Of a DNA stretch of 64,000 bases, positions 9,523 to 18,922 are shown one piece after another. Source of the DNA: an uncultured Eubacteriales bacterium (GTDB taxonomy: Bacteria > Bacillota > Clostridia > Christensenellales > CAG-917); the NCBI GenBank assembly GCA_900548005.1, contig URIZ01000009.1, forward strand, positions 2,130 through 66,129, given 5' to 3'. The notes under the pieces were generated by a model. That model was not told where the DNA came from, searched no databases, and saw only the letters and a list, made by a program, of their open reading frames with translations. Position numbers and translations under genes: made by a program. Within the stretch, counting starts at the first letter, position 1. Each line of letters begins with the position of its first letter.

Positions 9523-9551
9523 ATTTTATCACTATCCAACATCGTTGGCAA
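9523..9551 (-). promoter_or_regulatory. sigma-A type promoter of the riboswitch-fol operon
   Basis: On the minus strand: TTGCCA, 17-nt spacer, TAAAAT, about 10 nt upstream of the aptamer. Confidence 0.5.
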
Positions 9552-9682
9552 CACAATACGGACATTTCTTGCCGGCAAATATTTTTTTGCCAAAATCGTC
9601 GCTATGCAAAGAACAAAATGTTGCATAAAAATGCACATTTCAAGGTGAAAACGAATTTTTATTCATATCGCAAAAAAAATTA

Positions 9683-9711
9683 TTGCGCATATCGCCAACC
9701 GGTATTATACT
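9683..9711 (+). promoter_or_regulatory. sigma-A type promoter
   Basis: TTGCGC, 17-nt spacer, TATACT, upstream of the 9749 membrane-protein gene. Confidence 0.45.
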
Positions 9712-9748
9712 AAACTAAAACAGAACAAAAATAGGAAAGGAGAAAATT

Positions 9749-10615
9749 ATGTTCGCATTTTGTTTGGGAGCGCACGAGTTTCATCTCGACGACCCGATTA
9801 TGTACGTACTTTACGGCATAGTGTTGGCTTTTATAATCGCGCTGTGTCTATACTATATGCTCTCGGCAATAAAACGCGCAAAAGAGCTGGGCATAGACAA
9901 AGCAAAGATCAAGAAAGTCATTTCCACATCCGCCTCGTTCTCGGTGTTGCCGGGGCTTGGCATCGCGCTGGGAGTTGTGATCCTTGCAGGCACACTGGGC
10001 ATTGCCTTCCCTGCGATACGTCTATCCGTCGTTGGCTCGTTGCAATACGAAACGCAGATGGCAGACGGCACGGCAACGGCGATTGCAGGCTCGATGAACG
10101 CGCTCATCGACAAGGGCATGACGGCTGAGGATTTTGCAACGATTGCAATGATCATGACAATCGCCATTTGTTCGGGCGGCGTTGAAACTCTTATCTTCTA
10201 CCGCCGCTTGCAGCCGAAAATCGGCAAACTGCTCACCAAGACCGCGTCCACTGGCAAGAAAGGCGGCATCAACATCGGCGATCTCGTGTTTCAAGCGATG
10301 TTTATCGGCATGGTCATCGGCTATCTTGCAATGAGCATAGGCACGCTCACAAAAGCGGTGCAATTTGTGGACAGCTACTACAACTTCATCGCCGTGCTTG
10401 TGGCAATGGGCGTGATGTACCTTTGCGAGATACTCATCAACAAGGCAGGCTGGAAGTGGCTTGACAGTTTTGCAACGCCCGTATCCATGCTTGTTGCGAT
10501 GATAATTGTGGGCGTGATAAGCTATTGCGCTCACAAATACGGTTGGGCATTGTCGCCAAAAGCCACCGAAACGGCGCAAGCCGCCACTCAAGCCGCAATA
10601 GGTTTGATTGCATAA
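9749..10615 (+). CDS. uncharacterised multi-pass membrane protein
   Basis: 288-aa hydrophobic ORF with RBS GGAAAGGAG. No family recognised. Confidence 0.55.
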   Translation: MFAFCLGAHEFHLDDPIMYVLYGIVLAFIIALCLYYMLSAIKRAKELGIDKAKIKKVISTSASFSVLPGLGIALGVVILAGTLGIAFPAIRLSVVGSLQYETQMADGTATAIAGSMNALIDKGMTAEDFATIAMIMTIAICSGGVETLIFYRRLQPKIGKLLTKTASTGKKGGINIGDLVFQAMFIGMVIGYLAMSIGTLTKAVQFVDSYYNFIAVLVAMGVMYLCEILINKAGWKWLDSFATPVSMLVAMIIVGVISYCAHKYGWALSPKATETAQAATQAAIGLIA

Positions 10616-10626
10616 GGAGGCGCGCT

Positions 10627-11604
10627 ATGAAGAAAGAAAGAGTTAGAGTGGCAAACGACTACAATCTCAAAAATCACATAATCGGCAAGATTTGGATGGC
10701 ATTCGCACTTGCGATATTCTTCGCCGTGCCGACAACCGTTTGTCTGTACTACGGCGTAAAACCCAACATGGCGGTCATGGCGTCGCCGGCGGTGTTCATC
10801 CCCTTTGCAATCAACTTCTTGTCGGGCGTTGCAGAGCCTATTCTGTACGCGCCGATGCTTGGCACAAACAGCGCGTATCTTGCGTTCATCACAGGCAACT
10901 TGTCCAACTTGAAAATACCTTGCGTGGTCAAGGCTCAAGAAATCTGCGGCACGAAACTCGGCACGGAAGAAAACGAAGTGGTGGCAACGCTCTCGGTTGC
11001 CGTCAGCACGCTTGTGACAACCGTGATCGTGGCGGTGTTTGTGCTTGTGCTTGCTTTTAGCAACTTGCAAGACGTGTTCACACGCAACAAGTGGATCACG
11101 CCCGCATTCACCTGCGTTGTGTACGCGCTTTTCGGCTCGCTCGGCGGCAAATACGTCATCAAAAACATCAAGCTCGCCGCCCTTCCCCTTGCGTGCATAG
11201 TGGTGCTGTCCGTGATACTGGGCTTTTGCAAAGTCGATCCCGGCTCTGCGTACTTGTTTGTGGGCATCGCGCTTGCGGCCCTGTTTGCAGGCTTGCAAAT
11301 CGCAAGAGAGAAGAAAAAACAAAAAGCTCAACAGGAAACCGAACGCCTTGCCGATATAGCCAATGAAGAAATCACCATAGACGATACGGCAAGCGAAAAT
11401 GCCGAAACCGCAACCGACAACGACTCGGCAAGCGAAAGCGCAAGTGACGTTGCAAGCGAAAACGCAAATGCCGACAAAGCGGATGCGGACGAAAAAGCCG
11501 CTTTGCAAGATGAAGAACATCCGGAATGCGCCGCCGACAAAGAAGAACAACTCGAAGAAGAAATCGCGGTCAAGACGGCACAAGACGTTGACAGCGTGGA
11601 TTGA
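10627..11604 (+). CDS. uncharacterised multi-pass membrane protein with an acidic C-terminal tail
   Basis: ATG 10627 is preceded by AAGGAGG. About 6 TM helices, then ~95 aa of D/E/A/N-rich low complexity. Probably co-transcribed with 9749..10615. Confidence 0.55.
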   Translation: MKKERVRVANDYNLKNHIIGKIWMAFALAIFFAVPTTVCLYYGVKPNMAVMASPAVFIPFAINFLSGVAEPILYAPMLGTNSAYLAFITGNLSNLKIPCVVKAQEICGTKLGTEENEVVATLSVAVSTLVTTVIVAVFVLVLAFSNLQDVFTRNKWITPAFTCVVYALFGSLGGKYVIKNIKLAALPLACIVVLSVILGFCKVDPGSAYLFVGIALAALFAGLQIAREKKKQKAQQETERLADIANEEITIDDTASENAETATDNDSASESASDVASENANADKADADEKAALQDEEHPECAADKEEQLEEEIAVKTAQDVDSVD

Positions 11605-11885
11605 CAAAAGTTTGAAGTCCCCTTCACTCTTGCAAAATTGTAAAACCGCAAAAAAATCGATATTCAACAAACAAATCAATCGAAACCAGGAAAAAAGCAC
11701 GCAAACGCGCGCTTTTTTCGCTTGTATCGGCATCTTTTGCACTCCGTCCGCTCAAAAATCGTGCCTTTTCACGCTCCGCCGCCCAACGTGGCACAAAGGA
11801 CTTTCGCCGAAATATGCTTGTTATAGTTATAGATAAGTGTTATAATACTATATCATAAAATCCAAATTGTCCAACAAGGAGAAAT

Positions 11886-13238
11886 ATGGAAATCGTAATC
11901 AGCGGTCTAGGCTCTGTGGGCACAACGCTCATGCAAGAGCTTGCGGACGAAGGTCACAACATAGTCGTCATCGACGTAAACGCGCAAAAGATCGAAACTG
12001 CCGTCAACCAATTTGACGTGAAAGGCGTCATAGGCAACGGCGCAAGTTCGAGCGTGCTTAAAGAGGCGGGCGTGCAACACTGCGATCTTTTTATCGGCGC
12101 AACCAACCATGACGAGCTGAACATCCTTTGCTGCATTATCGCAAAAAAACTAGGCGCAAAGAAGACGATTGCAAGAGCGAGCAAACCCGAATACGTGGAT
12201 CTTTTCAAGAGCGACGGCGATTTGGGTTTGAGCCTTATGGTCAATCCGCAATACGAAGCCGCGCTTGAAATCAGCCGTATGCTCCGCTTCCCCAGCGCGA
12301 TCAAGGTGAACGAATTTAGCAACGGCAAGGTTGAACTTGTGGAATTTCTCGTGTCCGAAGACTCTCCGCTTGTGGGACTTCCCTTGAAGAAACTCGGCGT
12401 CGTATTCAAAGAAAAAGTGCTTATATGCGCCGCTCAAAGAGACGACAAGGCGATTATTCCGACAGGCGATTTTGTCATCCGCGAAGGCGACAGGCTCTTT
12501 GTCACCGCAACGATGAAACACATCTCGCTGTTCTTCAAGCATTTGGGATGGAACAGACAGGCAAAAGACGCAATCATCGTGGGAGGCTCAACCACCGCAT
12601 ACTATCTTTGCAAGGAGCTTGACAAACTGGGCATACACGCAAAACTCATTGAAAAAGACGCTCAAAAAGCGGCTATGTTCTCTGAAGACTTCAAGAAAAT
12701 CAACGTCATTTTGGGTGACGGCACCGATCAGGAGCTTTTGCTCGAAGAAGGGCTTGCCACCACGGACGCTTTTGTCGCGCTTGCCAATATGGATGAGCAA
12801 AACATCATCATGAGCATGTTTGCCACATCCCAAGACGTGCCGAAAGTCATCACCAAAATCGACCAACTCGGCTACTACGATATGTTGCAAAAAAGCGGCA
12901 TATACAGCGCGGTGTCCACAAAAACGTCCACAACCGATCGAATCATCCGATTTGTCAGACTCATCGGCAACACGCAAGGCAGCACCGTCAAGCGTGTGTT
13001 CCACATCATTGACGACTCCACCGAGATTTTGGAATTTGAGGCAAAAGAAAACTTCAAGCGTTTTGACGTGCCCATCCAACAGCTCAATCTCAAAAAACAT
13101 CTGCTCGTTGCGGGCATCATCCGCAAGGGCGAATTGATAACACCGTCCGGGCAAGACGTGATCAAACTCGGCGACAACGTGATAATCGTCACGCTTGAAG
13201 AAGGTCTTGACGACTTGAAAGACATTCTCGATTTCTAA
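11886..13238 (+). CDS. trkA: Trk/Ktr potassium uptake system NAD-binding subunit
   Basis: Two RCK/TrkA-N plus TrkA-C units; N-terminal GLGSVGTTL Rossmann motif. Confidence 0.9.
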   Translation: MEIVISGLGSVGTTLMQELADEGHNIVVIDVNAQKIETAVNQFDVKGVIGNGASSSVLKEAGVQHCDLFIGATNHDELNILCCIIAKKLGAKKTIARASKPEYVDLFKSDGDLGLSLMVNPQYEAALEISRMLRFPSAIKVNEFSNGKVELVEFLVSEDSPLVGLPLKKLGVVFKEKVLICAAQRDDKAIIPTGDFVIREGDRLFVTATMKHISLFFKHLGWNRQAKDAIIVGGSTTAYYLCKELDKLGIHAKLIEKDAQKAAMFSEDFKKINVILGDGTDQELLLEEGLATTDAFVALANMDEQNIIMSMFATSQDVPKVITKIDQLGYYDMLQKSGIYSAVSTKTSTTDRIIRFVRLIGNTQGSTVKRVFHIIDDSTEILEFEAKENFKRFDVPIQQLNLKKHLLVAGIIRKGELITPSGQDVIKLGDNVIIVTLEEGLDDLKDILDF

Positions 13239-13247
13239 GGAGAAAGT

Positions 13248-14984
13248 ATGAATTTTCGTTTGATGACGTTCGTATTGGGCGAGATTGCCATTATCATCGG
13301 CGCGCTGATGTGCATACCGCTTTTTATGGCTGTGGGCTTGCACGAAGACACCACCGTTCTTGCTTTCGGCATAGCGGTGGGCGTGTGTCTTGTCATAGGC
13401 GTGATAGGTCTTATCGTGCGCCCGCCCAAGAGCAAGCGCGAGATGCGTTCCACAAGCGGCTTTGCAATGTGCGGTCTGTTCTGGATTTTCGTTGCGCTTA
13501 TCAGCGCAATCCCGTTCAGAGTGTCGGGCTATATCCCCAACTACGTAGACGCGCTTTTCGAGACGGTTTCGGGCTACACCACAACGGGATCGAGCATTCT
13601 CACCAACGTTGAGGCTTTGCCCAAATCTTTGCTGTTTTGGCGTGCTTTCACCCAATTTATCGGCGGCATGGGCGTGCTTGTGTTTGTCATCGCGCTCATC
13701 CCAAAAAACGACAAAATGTCCACCGCTCTTGCAAAAGCGGAGATCCCCGGACCGCAGTTTGGCAAGCTCGTGAGCAAACTGCGCTTTACGTCCATGATTT
13801 TGTATGCAATTTACGTTGTGATGACGCTCTTGCTCGTCGCAATCCTTTGCGGGTTGAAAATGCCTGTGTTCGACAGTTTCTGCACGGCGTTTTCCACAGC
13901 GTCCACGGGCGGTTTTTCGGTGCGAAACGCAAGTATTGCCGCCTACAATTCTCCGGGCATAGAGGCAACGCTCACCGTGTTTATGCTTCTTTTCTCGGTC
14001 AACTTCAACGTCTATTATCTCATCATCGCAGGTCATTTCTTCAAAGCGGTCAAGAACGAAGAATTGGGCTGGTTTTTCGGCATCTATTTCAGCGCGGTGG
14101 CAATCATCATCACAAACCTTTGCGTGAGCGGCGGCTACACCTTTGTCAATGCGCTCAGAGACGTCACCTTCAACGTTGCGTCAATGATAAGCACGTCGGG
14201 CTTTGGCACGGCGGACTTTGCCAAATGGCCCGTGCTAAGTCAAGTGGTGCTACTGATTGCAATGTGCATAGGCGGTTGCGCCGGCTCGACTGCGGGCGGA
14301 CTGAAAGTATCTCGTGTTGCGATGCTCACAAAATCGTCCATACTCAACGTCAAAAAGACCATATCGCCACGCTCGGTGTACACTGTCAAACTGGACGGCA
14401 AACCCGTTGACGACATGACGCTTCGCAACGTGCAAAACTTTTTCTTGATATACACGCTCATCATCGTCGGCTCGACTTTCCTTATCTCGATTGCGCAACC
14501 GCTCGGCGGCAAATACAGCAATTTCGAGACAAACTTTTCTGCCGTCATTGCGTGTTTCAACAACATAGGTCCGGGCATCGGCGCGGTCGGTCCTTCGGGC
14601 AACTTTTCAGGGTACAGCATCTTTGCAAAACTCGTGCTGAGTTTTGATATGCTGCTCGGACGTCTTGAAATCTTCCCCATCCTTTTGCTGTTCAATCCCA
14701 ACTCGTGGAAGAGAGCGCAAAACCGCATCCAAGGCGCAAAGAAGATCGTGACAAAAAGAATTGCCAATGCTCATGCAAAATCCGAGTTGAAACACACTTG
14801 CGAATTTGTCAACGAACCCGACGATGCCGACAATGCGTTTGACGGCGACGACTCGCAAGAAAACGAAGAAGATTTGCAATCGGATGCAATGTATGAAAAT
14901 GCACAATCTGCCGATATGCAAGCGGACAACGCCGACAACGACAGCAACAGTCAAGACGTGTCAAACGACAAAGACGGCGAATAA
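13248..14984 (+). CDS. trkH: Trk-type potassium transporter membrane subunit with a ~95-aa acidic tail
   Basis: TrkH-type repeated pore-loop architecture (TTTGSS, STGGFS, STSGFG, GPGIG). The last ~95 aa are D/N/E/Q-rich. Confidence 0.9.
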   Translation: MNFRLMTFVLGEIAIIIGALMCIPLFMAVGLHEDTTVLAFGIAVGVCLVIGVIGLIVRPPKSKREMRSTSGFAMCGLFWIFVALISAIPFRVSGYIPNYVDALFETVSGYTTTGSSILTNVEALPKSLLFWRAFTQFIGGMGVLVFVIALIPKNDKMSTALAKAEIPGPQFGKLVSKLRFTSMILYAIYVVMTLLLVAILCGLKMPVFDSFCTAFSTASTGGFSVRNASIAAYNSPGIEATLTVFMLLFSVNFNVYYLIIAGHFFKAVKNEELGWFFGIYFSAVAIIITNLCVSGGYTFVNALRDVTFNVASMISTSGFGTADFAKWPVLSQVVLLIAMCIGGCAGSTAGGLKVSRVAMLTKSSILNVKKTISPRSVYTVKLDGKPVDDMTLRNVQNFFLIYTLIIVGSTFLISIAQPLGGKYSNFETNFSAVIACFNNIGPGIGAVGPSGNFSGYSIFAKLVLSFDMLLGRLEIFPILLLFNPNSWKRAQNRIQGAKKIVTKRIANAHAKSELKHTCEFVNEPDDADNAFDGDDSQENEEDLQSDAMYENAQSADMQADNADNDSNSQDVSNDKDGE

Positions 14985-15110
14985 ACCGTTCAATGCGCGG
15001 ACAATAGTTGTGCACAATTCAGGCAAAATGCCCAACGGCAATAAAATATGCAACAAAATCACGAAAACCGTTGCGTTGGCAGGGTTTTCGAATAACAAAA
15101 GGGGTAAAAT

Positions 15111-17237
15111 ATGGACGAAAACAACAACGTCATCCTTGAAGAAAACGTCAGCGTTGAAAGCGAAACGGAAAAAGCCGAAAGCAAGATCCTGCACGTTGAC
15201 AAATCAAAGCACATCTTCGACATTGTGTATCTTGCGTTTTGCTCGGCGTTTACGCTGATTATGTGGTGCACGGGCTACAACTTCTTGCCGCTCATCTCCG
15301 ACATTCTCGGCATAGTGGCAGGCGTGCTTGTGTTTGCAAGACTTCTGTCAAAGAAGAACGTGGGGCTCTATCTTTGGATCTCCTACATCGTGTGCATGTG
15401 CGGACTTTTCGTGTACTTCTTGATTTGGGGTGCGGAAAGTTTCGGAAAGAACCTTTGGTACAACTTTGTGCTTGTTCTCTTCCCCGTGCTGCTTGCAACG
15501 TTTGTGTATCTTGCCGACAAGGTGCTCAAAAAACAGCTTGCGCTCAGAATCACTTGCGCGGTGTGCGCATTCCTTATGGCAGGCACGGCAATCATCAACG
15601 TGTTCTTCTACAACCTGCGTTTGCGCCCGACTTGCGAGAGCTTGCAAGAAGGTCATGACGAATATCTCAAAAACGTCGCCGCAAAATATCAAACCAACTC
15701 AAATTCTCCCAACGTGCTTGTAATTTTGATGGACGATATGGGATACAGCGACATCTCTGCGTACAGCTATCTCGGCAGCAAAAAAGCCACCATCAACACG
15801 CCCAACATCGACTCTATCGCCGACAACGGCATCATGATGGACAACTTCTATTCGGCGTCTCCCGTTTGCTCTCCGTCAAGATTCTCCATTCTCACGGGTA
15901 GATACTCGTCAAGAGGCTATCTCGACAACGTCGTGTTCCCAAGCGATATCATGTCAAATCCGTGGTCTCCCACGCACTTCCTCAACCCCTATCAATTCCT
16001 TTGCAATGTGGACGGAATTTTGGGCGACGAAATCACCTTTGCGGAAGTCTTGCAAGCGGCAGGCTACAACACGGGTTGCATAGGCAAATGGAATCTCGGC
16101 GACTACGGTCAATACCTTCCCACCAACCAAGGCTTCGACTATTTCTACGGCAGCTACTACGTCAACGATATGACTCCTTACAACTGGGTGGAAGACAAAG
16201 TTGACGAAAACGGCAACTTCACAAGCAAAGAAGTGCGCACTCACAAAGAAAACCTCGACCAATCTGACAGCACGAGATTGCTCACGGCACAAATGCTCAA
16301 CTTCATCGAAGCGTCCGTTGAAAAGAACGAAAAATTCCTTGCATACTACACCACTCCGTGGCCGCACTTCCCCGTCTTCTCCAACAACGACGGCAACGGC
16401 AAGGGCGACATCTCGGACGATACGTATATCGACTGCCTCGAAGAGTTTGACAAGTACCTTGGCGACGTGCTCAACTACTTGAAAAACACGCCCGATCCCA
16501 ATGGTTCAGGCTCGCTTTATGACAACACGCTTGTCGTGTTCACATCCGACAACGGTCCCGGCCGCGAAGGCGTGACGGGCGATATGCGCGGCAGAAAGAA
16601 CACCACCTTTGAAGGCGGCATGAAAGTGCCTATCATCGCAAGCTACCCCAACGGCAATCTCGGTCAAGGCAGCGCAATCGCAAGCCAAACCTATGAGTAT
16701 TTCCAATGGACAAACAACGCCGATCGCACCGATGAAGGCAACGTTGCCAACAAGAAAAAATCCGATGTCGCAACCGTCGGCACAACCAAGCATATCGACG
16801 CAAGCAGCATGAACTTTGACTTGTTCAACACCATCTTGCGCTACTGCAACATCACCAACGACGACGGCAGTGTGTATCTGCCCACCGATCGTATCATCGA
16901 CGGCAAAGACTTGTACGACTTGTGGCAAGCCAACGTCCCCACCGACCACCGCGTGCATGACAAAATCTTCTATCTCAAGAAGGGCAAATGCCAAGCAATT
17001 CAAATGGCTGTGGAACTTGACGGCAAAACCTACGACTTCAAGTATTTCGACAAAGTGCGCACCGAAAACTCCGCTTTCATCGATCAGATGTACAAGAACT
17101 ATCTGTTCAATCTCGACACCGATCCGGCGGAAGGTTATTCGCTCTCCAAGGATCTTCCCGACGTTGCCGCGCTGCTCAACAAAGAGTTGCTTGCATTCCG
17201 CAACGAGATGAAAACCAATCGCCGCGGCAAACTTTGA
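15111..17237 (+). CDS. membrane-anchored Cys-type (formylglycine) sulfatase
   Basis: About 190 aa of N-terminal TM helices, then a sulfatase domain with LMDDMGYSD and the signature PVCSPSRFSILTG. Confidence 0.8.
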   Translation: MDENNNVILEENVSVESETEKAESKILHVDKSKHIFDIVYLAFCSAFTLIMWCTGYNFLPLISDILGIVAGVLVFARLLSKKNVGLYLWISYIVCMCGLFVYFLIWGAESFGKNLWYNFVLVLFPVLLATFVYLADKVLKKQLALRITCAVCAFLMAGTAIINVFFYNLRLRPTCESLQEGHDEYLKNVAAKYQTNSNSPNVLVILMDDMGYSDISAYSYLGSKKATINTPNIDSIADNGIMMDNFYSASPVCSPSRFSILTGRYSSRGYLDNVVFPSDIMSNPWSPTHFLNPYQFLCNVDGILGDEITFAEVLQAAGYNTGCIGKWNLGDYGQYLPTNQGFDYFYGSYYVNDMTPYNWVEDKVDENGNFTSKEVRTHKENLDQSDSTRLLTAQMLNFIEASVEKNEKFLAYYTTPWPHFPVFSNNDGNGKGDISDDTYIDCLEEFDKYLGDVLNYLKNTPDPNGSGSLYDNTLVVFTSDNGPGREGVTGDMRGRKNTTFEGGMKVPIIASYPNGNLGQGSAIASQTYEYFQWTNNADRTDEGNVANKKKSDVATVGTTKHIDASSMNFDLFNTILRYCNITNDDGSVYLPTDRIIDGKDLYDLWQANVPTDHRVHDKIFYLKKGKCQAIQMAVELDGKTYDFKYFDKVRTENSAFIDQMYKNYLFNLDTDPAEGYSLSKDLPDVAALLNKELLAFRNEMKTNRRGKL

Positions 17238-17284
17238 TGCGGACAAAAGTCCTTGGCGCAATTGCCACCGACAATCGATCAGAC

Positions 17285-17317
17285 AAAAAACGGACTTGAA
17301 TTTCAAGTCCGTTTTTT
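17285..17317. terminator. bidirectional intrinsic terminator
   Basis: AAAAAA-CGGACTTGA-ATT-TCAAGTCCG-TTTTTT. Confidence 0.75.
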
Positions 17318-17339
17318 ATACTGTTTTTCGCATGTTTTT

Positions 17340-17455
17340 TTGGCTGAGTTTTTCTCGTTTTTAATCCGAGTTTAGTCCGTTTTTAGTCCGAGTGTTGCTC
17401 TCTTTTTTTTATCCGAGTTTTCGTCCATTTTTAGTCCGAATTTTATCCGCCCTTT
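17340..17455. repeat. phased T-tract / TCCG repeat block
   Basis: Seven copies of TTTTTA(G/A)TCCGAGT-like units. The TCCG cores lie at 17365, 17376, 17387, 17412, ~17424, 17435 and 17446, mostly spaced 11 nt. Confidence 0.6.
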
Positions 17456-17500
17456 TGATTGTTTGTTTTGTCGTGGCATACAGCCTGTTTTGTGCAATTT

Positions 17501-17535
17501 GGAGATAAAAATATCGGGCGCAAGATTGCGCCCGA
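17501..17535 (-). terminator. intrinsic terminator of the aldolase-like gene
   Basis: TCGGGCGC-loop-GCGCCCGA hairpin followed by a T-rich run on the minus strand. Confidence 0.7.
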
Positions 17536-17555
17536 CCACTTTTTGGATTGTTTGA

Positions 17556-18803
17556 TTATTCTTGCATGAGATAGTCACGGCAAGCGTCTTCAAGAGCTCT
17601 GCAAATCACAAATGCGTCTTCAAGGTCTTTGCCGCGCACGACAACTCCGTGGTGTCCCATAAAGCAAGCGCGAGCGTCACCGATTGCCGCCGCAACGTTT
17701 TTGACAAGTCCGTTCGTGCCGGGGAGAGCCGGTTTTGCGCACGGAATCTCTTTGCCGAGAACGTCTTGATACTTTTCGGGCACAGGCATAGCCTTGTTCA
17801 TTGCCGCAAGAATGCAGCCGTAGAACGGATGTGTGTGGATGCTTGCGGTTGTGCCGTCGTTTTGGGAAAGAAGAATCGCATGGATGCCCTTTTCGCTGGT
17901 GGCTTTGTTCGTGCCCGTCCATTTGAGCGTCTTCATATCCACTTTTGCCATTTGTTCGGGCTCGAGCATGAGATAGTCGATGCCGGACGGCGTTGCAAGC
18001 ATATAGGTGTCGTCAAGTTTGACGGCGATATTGCCCCACGTGCCTTGAACGAGATTTTCTTCAAGCAATCTGACGCCTGCGTCTTTGATTTGTTGAGCGA
18101 TTCTCTTCTCTTCGTCCGTGACGACAGCGGATTGTTTTTCTTCTTTCTTCTCTTGCGCGCCTGTTTCGGCGGCTTTTTGCTGTTGTTGATTGGTCTTGGA
18201 GTATTTGAGCTTGAAAACAACGTGTTCAAGGAAAGCGGCGATTGCGCTCATGTGTTGAGTGCCTCCCTTGTTTTCGGAAAGAATTTCCGCATTGCAAGCC
18301 TTGTCAAGCACAAGCGTTGCCGTGAACACTTCGTCAAGAGTACGTCCCGTGACCACCGCGCCGGCATCTGGGAGCAAGCACACGTTGCGTTGTCCCGAAA
18401 GAGCCGCCACAACGTCGGATGCAACGTTCTTTTGAGCGCACTTGATAGACACGCCGCACACTTGCGTAAGGTCGTCGAGAATGGGCATGAGAGTCTTTCT
18501 CTTGGACGAGAAAGCCACGGTGCTGTCGCTGTCCACGATAGCCGCCGCTCCTGCCTTTTTGTCTTGACGCACCGCGCAATAAAGAATGACCGCCGCCGCT
18601 CTGAAATTGCCTTCGAGCGTTTCGATGTTCTTGTCGTTGACAAAGGTGAGATTGTCTTCGGTGACGTTGGTGTAATCTATCTTGGGATTGGTGATGACGA
18701 TGCCGTCATCTTGTTTGACTGCGATATAACCCGATTGCAGATATTTCTTTTCTGCAAGCATACGAGCGTATTTGTTGACGTTTGCAACAATCAATTCGTT
18801 CAT
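17556..18803 (-). CDS. tandem class II aldolase/adducin-domain protein
   Basis: Two aldolase_II-like halves joined by a Q/E/K-rich linker. The C-terminal half keeps SEKGIH...SIHTHPFYG, and the N-terminal half has AAIVDSDS at the equivalent position. Confidence 0.75.
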   Translation of the reverse strand: MNELIVANVNKYARMLAEKKYLQSGYIAVKQDDGIVITNPKIDYTNVTEDNLTFVNDKNIETLEGNFRAAAVILYCAVRQDKKAGAAAIVDSDSTVAFSSKRKTLMPILDDLTQVCGVSIKCAQKNVASDVVAALSGQRNVCLLPDAGAVVTGRTLDEVFTATLVLDKACNAEILSENKGGTQHMSAIAAFLEHVVFKLKYSKTNQQQQKAAETGAQEKKEEKQSAVVTDEEKRIAQQIKDAGVRLLEENLVQGTWGNIAVKLDDTYMLATPSGIDYLMLEPEQMAKVDMKTLKWTGTNKATSEKGIHAILLSQNDGTTASIHTHPFYGCILAAMNKAMPVPEKYQDVLGKEIPCAKPALPGTNGLVKNVAAAIGDARACFMGHHGVVVRGKDLEDAFVICRALEDACRDYLMQE

Positions 18804-18881
18804 ATTTTTCTCCTTGTGTGGCGACCTATATATATTGTTGCCACTATGCTTATTATATCAAACGTTTGGAAAAATGCAACA

Positions 18882-18912
18882 TAAAAAACGTCGGCGCAAG
18901 TGCCGCGCCGAC
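18882..18912 (-). terminator. intrinsic terminator of the aminotransferase gene
   Basis: GTCGGCGC-loop-GCGCCGAC followed by GTTTTTTA on the minus strand. Confidence 0.7.
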
Positions 18913-18922
18913 GAATTTCTCA

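Noticed and set aside
11605-11885. c-di-AMP (ydaO-type) riboswitch upstream of trkA
   Set aside because: The likely promoter (TTGTTA-17-TATAAT) leaves only a ~30-nt leader. No ydaO-like conserved motifs were seen.
12588-14036. Long antisense ORFs opposite well-supported genes. Examples: 18..737(-), 10588..11742(-), 12588..14036(-), 17562..18884(+), 18968..19987(+), 27648..28691(+), 32748..33656(+), 36540..37427(+), 38123..39082(+), 49786..50991(+), 51233..52222(+), 54194..55354(-), 55380..56411(+), 57177..58178(+), 60485..61378(+)
   Set aside because: Each lies on the strand opposite a gene with clear family motifs. Each has an R/H/C/F-rich, low-information composition, no RBS and no recognisable domains. 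They are shadow ORFs.
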